Positions 46,229-64,000 of a DNA stretch of 64,000 nt are shown here, piece by piece. The stretch comes from Amoebidium appalachense (taxonomy: Eukaryota; Protista; Ichthyosporea), in assembly GCA_963693365.1 (NCBI GenBank), contig CAVNZM010000010.1:1488001-1552000 (forward strand), in the 5' to 3' direction. Numbering within the stretch: the stretch's first letter is position 1; each line of letters opens with the position of its first letter. The translations under genes were made by a program, and so were the position numbers. Below the pieces are notes generated by a model, which saw only the letters and a list, made by a program, of their open reading frames with translations, was not told the origin of the DNA and did not search any database.

Positions 46229-47392
46229 ATCCCCTCCCTGCCAGCCACCACCACACACACACTCTCTTACATCATATGACATCCCACGCGTAGGTGCACC
46301 AGCTCCAATTGCAAACCCCGTGCTTTGAGACTTGCGCAGCGTTAAACCCCCCCAAGATTCGGATTTCTTAGGGCTCACTGTAACCGCGCTCTCTGCAGAA
46401 GAAGAAGAATATGCGCTATAGCGGGTGTCGAAATTCGTCGGGGCTGGAGGGGGATTACTATCCACAGGTCCTGAAACACGAGCTTCAAGCTCCTGCGGCA
46501 GCTGCGAAAATTTGGTGCGAGGGGGGGTCCATGGGTCTGTGCGAGTGACCAGAACGGAAATGTGAATTTTTTCCGAAAACGACAGGAGTTTCTTTTTGCG
46601 TTCCACCACAAAACGGATGCGGGCGGCCTCGGCGGCACCGTTAAGTTCCGTTGCGAGATTGAGTAAAGCGGCACAAAGCGTGTCTTTGGAAAGGGAAAAT
46701 GCGAGCGTACTGTTAAGGCGTTCAACCCCGTTCTTAAGGTGCAAACACTCCTCGGCGCTCATCAACTCGTTCACCACCCCAGACTTGTACAGATCGATGT
46801 AGTGTTGCTTGTTTTCCTTCGATTTTCCCTGCGAAAATTCGTAGATCTTGTACGAGACAGTGAGTGGCTTTGCGCTATTGGAAGCCTTCGGAACCATACA
46901 TGCCAATTTATCTGCATGTGCATTGGCTGCCGCTTGACGCATTTTTTCTTCGCGGTCGCTCATTGGATGGCTGAAAGTGCGTGCGGGAAGTGGCCGCGTG
47001 AACACATTTTCTGCAAAGGGTTCGGGGACCGGCCTGCCGTAATCGTTCGAGTATTGGTGGTCGTGCATGGCCGGCGCGCTATGTGTTGAAGTGTTTGAAC
47101 CCTGCCTCCCATACTCGTTAGAGTATTGAACCTCCTGAACGAACTGTTCACAACGACCCTGGCGGTGGGGTAACTCACTCGACGCTTTACCACCGTTTCT
47201 TTTCTCGCCTGGTTGAGCGCGGAGCGACAGTTTACAACGCTGTCGAACGTCCGCCAATGGTTGGTTTTGGTTAAGATTTAAACCGGACAGGCGCACGGTA
47301 AGCTGGTGTGTGTTGGGTTCGACATACTGGTTCGTGGACTCTGCGTACATGGTGTTACCCGCGGGCGGGTAGTGGGCTGCGTTGGGATACAT
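43610..47392 (-). CDS. Multi-exon SH2-domain-containing protein (3' end uncertain)
   Basis: Exons 47392-46271, 46044-45937, 45781-45618, 45283-45253, ~45156-45075, 44991-44785, 44045-43860, possibly ~43797-43610. The junction of the 44991 and 44045 exons gives FFHELPPLSHGERRQLLETMFDGKVNGQWLLRFSDGRGYIISVKYMNKLLHVPIQMDTQWKFSLNTIGFDTITGLLNFYSANDISDTIRTPLTDPV, an SH2 pattern in which WLLRFS corresponds to FLVRES. Confidence 0.75.
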
Positions 47393-50104
47393 GGCTGTGT
47401 GGGTGTAAAATGGATAGTTAGTGATAACGTATAGCAAGCCTATTTGATCCACATGTGCAACGATATCTCGAGGTGGTGAATTTGTTCATGCATGGAGGGC
47501 CTACTAATCCTGTTGGTTAATTGGTAATGGTGCATGCAACATTCTAATAGGTAATGGCCGTGGCATGGAATGATAATTGTGGTTTCACTTTTCCTTCCGA
47601 AGTTCCTTTGTACGTAAACAAGCGAAAAGCATACTTGATTGCCGGAAAAGCATATAAGACGCTTCTTGTAGTTGAAGACGGACATAAAGATGACACCACT
47701 TTTTTAATCGTTGACAAAAATTACTGTCTAAGAATGATATTTTTTTGCCCATCAGTATGGCTATCATATGATCAGTAAGGTAGATTTGGGTCCTTTTCAA
47801 AGATGCATATGCAAGGTCCTTCCTCCCATTTTTATAAAGACCTCATGCAACCTATTATAAGTTCGAGCATTCATTTCGATTTTAATCCTTGCAGTTTGCT
47901 AAATATTTGTAGCCGCTTGTAATAATATCATGCAATGGTAGTAGAAAAAGGCAGAGCCCACATCAACAGTACCAGTGGAATCCTTCTGAATAACAACCAC
48001 AACAACAAAAAAAAACCCACGTGGGTGTTCAAAATCTTACCTGTGAGTTTCTGCTGATCAAAAGCCCGACCCAGACACGAAGTGCCTAACCAAATGCGTT
48101 GTTTTCTTCGAGGTATGCCTCTCAAAGGCATTAGTTCCTAAATCTCTAGTTCTCTACTCCTCGTCCCTCGATCTTCCCCAGTTCAGGTGTGGGGTTGAAT
48201 TCATGCAGGTGTGTGCAAGTGCAACAATGCAATGCAGTTTTTGCACAAGACACGTCAGCCTACAGATACCAAGGTGTTCGTTCAGGTCGACGCTAGGAAA
48301 AACGTGAAGGCAGGGGCAGCAAAACAGGGCGTATGTCGGTTTACTGCGAACAAGCGACTCGGAAAAACAGTGACTCTATGCCAAAAACAAACATGTGGGG
48401 CTGATCATAAGATGCTGTATGCCATCAGTGTGATGGCCCAGTGCGAATGCACCAATCAGAAGCGGTATCAACACCGCCATGCATGTAAGATGTCGCGTTG
48501 TGGATGTCACAGGGTGTAAAATACTCGTCGGGGGCATTTCAAATTTTCAAGTTGTCCAATATTTTTTGGTTCCCGCCAGCTGCAGCCCGTGGGGTTTAAA
48601 AAATAGAATGCGAATGTGGCGAGAATTTCTGTGCTCGTAAACGTTTCTCTTATAGAGCGCAGATTAAAAAGCAGCGAACCCGACTTCATTGGGGCCGTCG
48701 TAGGCTCCTTTCTACTCCACGAGATCAAGTAGGAGTAGGGTTCGAAAGATCCGGACGTGGAGGGGGGGAGGTGAGGGGACTCAGGGGAGGCCAGGGTAGT
48801 GGGAATGTTAATGGGCTGTTGCGACAAATGCATGGTTGCAAACTTTGAACGGTGTGACCAGTGCTAACTGATAGCCTTATCTTGAGCGTGGACAGAGTCT
48901 GGCGAATCGTGAGTGGCGATTCAAAGAGCTTCAACGATTGGTTAGTGGCTTGGTCGTCGTATAGGACACTTCGATAAAAACAACGGCTTAGAACATTCGA
49001 TCGTCAAGTTTTGGTATTCAAAAAATGCACCAAACTGCTCATACATAGATTTACAAGCAACTGTAAATGTTACCAATATTCAATTGATATTTGATATACT
49101 CTATGCTCCTTCCGAACATAGTAATCGTAGGCTGTGCACAAAAATTGAAGAAGACTAAACATGCAAGCTTGTGCCGCGTCCTTCATTAGAGCACGAACTT
49201 AAAGGTAACAAATAAATATACAAAAAAAATACCATGTAAAAAATACATAAATAAATACCCACAAATATTGCTCTTTTTGAATAAGACAAGAGAGAGTGCT
49301 ATTGCAAACAACGATAACAACTTGCCAATGACCCAACACAGAGGATCTCCCGAGGCGCATTCCAATGACATTTCTGTGCATCTGGTGCGACTCGTGCGTT
49401 TCATTGGCCAACTAGCGCAAATTTGATTGGGCACAGTCCAAGTCAACGGGGGCAAGAATATGTATGGCAAACCGCGTTATCACATGTGCATGTGTGTCGC
49501 ATATGGGCCGTTAAGAATTCCTACTAATGCTGGTCACAAAGTAGAGATAATAATAAAATTTTTATAGGTCGTTCGAGCAAATTGATTAATAAAAGTTTTG
49601 ACTTGAGGCCAGTTGATGATATTGTTAGGCCTAGGACAGACACCGTCCGAGATTATCATTAGAGAAACCCAACATGAGATTTCCTACCCTGCTTCATGTC
49701 TGCAATCACTGAGCATGCAGATTCTTGCAAGAATTCTGTGCCAGGGTGAACAATTCAAGTATTATTTTATCCCCGATCGCGAAGATGTCGTTGAATATGA
49801 ACCACACAACGTAATTCTATAATAATTGGGATGATGTCACACAAAAAATAAAACAGAGTCTCTAGTAGTGCGTAGGAGAATATGCTCACGTCGGTTAATG
49901 CAGCTCTTTAGTCACATATGACCGCCCAACAGTGACTTCCATTTCACACCCTGTCTTTCGCATGGCGACGACGGATAGCGGACGGTACACGTAGGGGTTT
50001 ACACACATTTTATTGCACGTAGGCTCAGTGACACCTAGGCTGCTTACCGGCTGGCTGGTGGTAGTGGTGGTGGGGGTGGTGGCGGTGGTGGCGGTGTGGT
50101 GGTG

Positions 50105-50154
<50 letters not shown>

Positions 50155-50838
50155 GACGGAGGGGGGGACAAACAGTTACGTTAACGTTGACGTACTATGT
50201 ACTGTGACTAGTACTGTACATGCGTTTGTCGTTTGTGTGGGTTGAACGCCGTATTTTCGTAGGCGCGTACACGGTACACTCGCCATATGTAACGTGTACA
50301 TACTCTTGCCCCAGCTGCGCGCGCGCGCGCAGGCCTAGGTTGGCCCGCTGGCCCGGGGATACAGGCGTGAGGTATCTATTTGTGAGCTGAGGCACGCATA
50401 TGACGTGCATTAAAAGTCTTTCATTAATGTGAATGGATGTATATATACATGCTCATGATGAAAACGAGAGTAGGTCGTCTATGGTAAACAGTCATCTGCC
50501 ACACACACAGCCGCGGGCCCGGGGAAGGCCTCGGATACAAAATGGCATAAGGCTTGCTTAGTGTCATGATCATTCTCCTGCAGAGAGAAGGCCAAGGCCT
50601 CCTATATACAAACAGTACAGAGGAGGCCTCAATTAATAACACACACATGCTAAACCAGTCTGAACACCGTACTGCGTACATGGGTACCTTCACACACCGG
50701 TGCGCATATGTACAGTGTCGAGTGTAAAACAGTTAAAGCACTCAGTCATACACTTGGAGACTAAACACACACATGTACATGTGACCGTGTGTGTGTGTGC
50801 GTGTGTTTGTGTGTGTGTGTGTGTGCGTGTGCGTGTGT

Positions 50839-50893
<55 letters not shown>

Positions 50894-52109
50894 TGCGCGC
50901 GTCAGTGTGTGTGCGTGCGCGCACACGCGCGCGTGTGCCGTGTGTGTGTGTGTGCCGTGTGTTTGTGTGTGTGTGCCCCGTGGATCCGAAGGGGAGAAGG
51001 GGAAGGGTCGAACGTCAACGTCGTGGCCAGGTGTGTATTGCACTAGTTTTGTGCGTACATGTGTGTGCACGTGTGCACGCGCGCGCGCGTGCGCGCGTGT
51101 GTGTGTGTGTGCATATTCGTGCGCGCGTGTGTTCGTGTGCATATGTGCACACCAAGTGTGTGCGATTGCGCGTGTGCGTGCACGTGTGTGCATGTATGCG
51201 CACACGTGCGTGTAGCCGTGTGGGTGTGTACGTCAATCAATGGTTAGGGGGGGGGGGGGGGGGGGGGGGGATAGGGTAGTTACTGTAGAGGCCGGGGGAT
51301 TGATCCTTATTAGCAGGCATGCAAGAAAGCAGCACCCAAGGTACTACTAACCTCCGAAACTAATCATTTTTTTGGATTGGTTGCACAGTGTATCATTAGA
51401 ATGACAGAGTCTGGCGCTCCCAAAAGACAGTGTTGTTACAGAACATACAATATACCCAACAACAAACACTTGTGCTTTACGTGTAGGGTTAAAAGTATTT
51501 TGATGCAAGCACCAGGTGTCGACATACTGCCATTATTGGTAACGATCACCGTTTTAAATGCAGATATCAATAACAAGTATAACGGCCGTATACGGTACAA
51601 AGTGACCGTATCAGACGAGGCTATCTGGGAGTTATCTCGACGTGTCCGGTATCCCTTAATGTGCCATATTTGGATTAAGCCCGTGTTTTAATTAAGACTT
51701 TGGCATTTACTTTGATGACATTCAATATTATTCAATGCACACATCTCATCACCGCCATTGCTCAGCTACAGATACTCAGTACACACACACATAAGGGATT
51801 TTACCGAAAAATTTGACCTAAAGTTTTTCAAAAGTTTTTTCATGCTTTTTTTTGATCGCTTGAGCAGATCAAACTGCTTTGCTGGTATCTCAGTGTACGT
51901 GTGCAGGGGGTATAACAACACACTAACTGTGAAAACTTGGTGCATTTTGGTTGAACGGTTCCCAAATTATTACATTTTTAATTTTTTGAAACGTGCATAA
52001 CGTTATGCTCAAACCTGCATACCGTTATACAATTTTACTTAGTAAATGTAAATTTGCCTCAAAAAATTCGTTAAAGTGCCTTACATGAAACACACACACA
52101 CGAAACACA

Positions 52110-52161
<52 letters not shown>

Positions 52162-52207
52162 GCTTTATCAAATGTATCCTACAACCCACTCACATCTCAC
52201 TTGTATT

Positions 52208-61143
<8,936 letters not shown>

Positions 61144-62439
61144 GTTGCTTTTGTGCCTCGTTACATTCCGGTTTCGCCGATTGAGCCAAGGGGATGAGGG
61201 GAGAAGGGGGCAGGGGTAAGGGGGGGATATGGAGAAGGGAGAGCTTAAAAACAAATTGAACTAAAAAGGAAATAAGAGCTCGTGCTCTGACTCAAAAAAA
61301 CGTATCAAACTGATAAGTAGTTCCACACGACAATGTCCAGACGACCGTCGTTGGAAATGTCCAGAAAGAGGAAAAGAAAACCCTAACACCAGCACTATTT
61401 GGACCACAAAACTACCCATAAAACGCTCAAACGCACTCAAGCGGTGTATCCAGTAACTTATCAAAGCCTCTATTTAGCTTGGTCTTCAACCAAAACGGCG
61501 GTTAGTTTCGTCTCCAAAAAGTTACATGAGCTAAAAAACTGACAGAGCCCTCACTTACGGCCCGGGGAAGTAATATAGAAAAAACAGCCAATCAAAAGGA
61601 CAGAATGGAATATTGGCGCGAAATTCGCGAGTTGAAGTTAGAGAGAGAAAGCGGAAGACCGGACTTTGAAACGGCTAGAAAGAGGAGAGAGAGGGAGCCA
61701 AAAAAAAAAAAAAAAAGCAGAGTACACTAGTCCTTAATCAGCCCCTACCGTAAAGTCACCGTGTTGTTTTGGAGCATCGCTCACTAATAGTGCAAGTTCT
61801 AGAGTAGTACTGTTTGGGTACACAAAGCTTGGACACCATAAAACTGTAGTTTTGGCGCTAAGATTTTCCTCCTGAAACTTCTAAGAGTAGGCAGCTGCAT
61901 GAATGTGACCACGTTCCATCGGCCAATCTTTCTTTGAGGCTTCGAGGGGTCAAGCTTTAACATGAGCAGGAAAACAGACAGCAATTGAGAGACTAAAGCT
62001 GTGTGTACTGAAGGGGGCCGGTTGGTCACCCTATGGCCAAATATCATGGACGAAGGTTGGCCACTTTTACAGTCTTCTCCCTCCCCCCCGCCCCTCCCAC
62101 CACCACCTCCCTCTCCCCCCAACACACACACACACACCACCCCCACTCCGACCCTACATCTCTCCCAACACCCACCCCAGTTTCCCTCCTTCCCTCAATC
62201 CTTCCTTAAGTGCCCATCACACAGCGTCACAGTATACACCGGGTAGGCCCTGTTTGGCATCACACAACCCTCACCTGGACTTCGTTTGAGGGTTACACCC
62301 GTACACATGTTATATCGTACACATGTTATGTGTGCACAGGCACCGATACACCTGCAAGGGCAACATCTCACCAGTGCTCTACATCCCAAAGTTCCTCTAC
62401 CGTTGTTGCAGACTTTATGAATCCCTTCCCCCTCCCCCC

Positions 62440-62476
<37 letters not shown>

Positions 62477-62605
62477 CCCCCACCTCCGCCCATCCCCTTC
62501 GCCCTAATTAGTTTTTCTTTGAAAGAGGGCAGATTACACGGTATTACCTCTTTTTAGATCTTCTGTTCAGGACGTCACTTACCCAACCCCCCCCCCCCCC
62601 CCCCT

Positions 62606-62638
<33 letters not shown>

Positions 62639-62912
62639 TATTTTCAATACAATCACACACACACACTACTACAATCCCTAACCCCCTTGCCCACACCCGT
62701 TTTCCGTTCTCTCTCTCTCTCTCTCTCTTTCTCCTCCTACCCCCCCTCCGCCTCCCGTTCCCCTCCCCCCCCTCCCCCCCTGCCCCTCCCCTACCTCCCT
62801 CCCTCCCTCCCTCCAGTCCCCTCCCCCCTCCCCCCGCTACAGACACACCCACCTATCCCCCCCCCCCCCCCTCCCCCCCTTTTTTTTTTATTTGGCTCCC
62901 CCCCCCCCCCCC

Positions 62913-62944
<32 letters not shown>

Positions 62945-62956
62945 TTTATGGCACAG

Positions 62957-63194
62957 ATGGCCCCCCGGCCAAACGGCTGAGAATCGACCAAAATGTTTTC
63001 ACTCCGTCGTTTTCTTCCGAGCTCCGTCTCCCCAGTTTTGGCCAACAGAGCTCTCGCCTTTCTCTTGGAAAATTGCCTCCGGCCGAATGCTATCTGAGGG
63101 AAAAGAGCGAATACCGGAAACATTTACGGTTGACTGAAAGGAGCTTCTTGCGGTTGTGTGCTGATGGTGAGATGGATTACTTGAGTGCAAGAAG
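62957..63194 (+). CDS. Putative internal exon of a plus-strand gene that probably continues past the window end
   Basis: Poly-T...CAG acceptor and AG|GT donor bound an open frame, DGPPAKRLRIDQ...CADGEMDYLSAR, containing an NLS-like PAKRLR. It lies divergent from the gene starting at 61143. Confidence 0.45.
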
Positions 63195-63284
63195 GTGTGT
63201 GTGTTGTGAAAATGTCATGTGTGTGTGTGTGGGTGTGGGTGTGGGTGTGTGAGAGTGTGTGTGTGTGTGTGTGTGTCTCTCTCT

Positions 63285-63370
<86 letters not shown>

Positions 63371-63799
63371 GTGTGTCTGTGTGTGTGCATGTGTGTGTGT
63401 GCATGTGCGTGTGTGTCTGTGTGTGTGTGTGTGCGTGTGTGTGGGGGGGGGAGGAGTTGTTTGTGGGGTGACGGAGAAGGGGAGGAGACAGAGAAGGGGT
63501 GAGAGTGAAGGAAGGATCCTTTTTTTTTAAGGAAAGGGTGGGGGGAGGGGGGGGGGGAAGGGGGGAGGTCCTGTGTAACAGTAAACATGCGCTGGGTTTA
63601 AGGATAGGGATGTGGTTGGGTAGATTTTCTTTTTCCTTTTTTCTTTTTTCTTTTCTTTTTTATTTATGTGTGTGCGTGTGGTGGTGGTGGTGGTGGTGGT
63701 GGTGGTTGTGGGGGGGAGGGGGGGCTAAAGAAGGAAACATATGCCTGATTCGAAATGGACAAGAGTCAGCTTTGAGTTTGCTCAGCCGACTACTAACAG

Positions 63800-63838
<39 letters not shown>

Positions 63839-64000
63839 ACCCACCCACCCACCTCCCTCACCCCCTCCCTCCCTTCTCTCCCGTTCCCCCCACCCCCCTT
63901 CCCTCCCTCCCTTCACTACCCTTGCCATGCTTCCCAACCTTCTCACTCACTCATCCATCCACCCACCATCCCACCCACACATTAACTCTTATTCCCCTCC

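Noticed and set aside
46118-46270. C-terminal part of the 444-aa ORF in the track
   Set aside because: It is read-through into an intron after the GTAAGA donor at 46270 and encodes a poly-G tract.
48510-49953. Possible hAT-like element bounded by CAGGGTGT(A/G)AAAT inverted ends
   Set aside because: Only 13 bp with one mismatch, no target-site duplication and no transposase remnant recognised.

Overview
Eukaryotic, intron-rich nuclear DNA packed with (CA)n/(GT)n, (GA)n/(CT)n and very long poly-G/poly-C tracts. Nearly all ORFs in the supplied track are low-complexity artefacts, and the real genes had to be spliced together by hand across GT-AG introns. I recovered: (1) a complete ~16-exon WASH1 (WASHC1) gene on the minus strand (1921-15191, ~450 aa), whose last, acidic exon is tandemly duplicated; (2) an intact 3-exon aldo-keto reductase divergent from WASH1, plus a frameshifted tandem copy carrying a PIF/Harbinger MITE in intron 1; (3) a 2-exon pirin with a putative mitochondrial presequence; (4) a start-less THAP (P-element-type) fragment; (5) a head-to-head pair of intronless, secreted NlpC/P60 peptidases, candidate bacteria-derived peptidoglycan hydrolases, in a microsatellite-free island; (6) a multi-exon gene with an intron-split SH2 domain; (7) a multi-exon coiled-coil gene; (8) a TA-flanked Tc1/mariner-like MITE and a degenerate repeat family lying in introns in sense orientation. 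WASH1, SH2 and THAP together suggest a non-Dikaryan microbial eukaryote, possibly a unicellular holozoan (inference only). All gene models are manual and have no RNA support.
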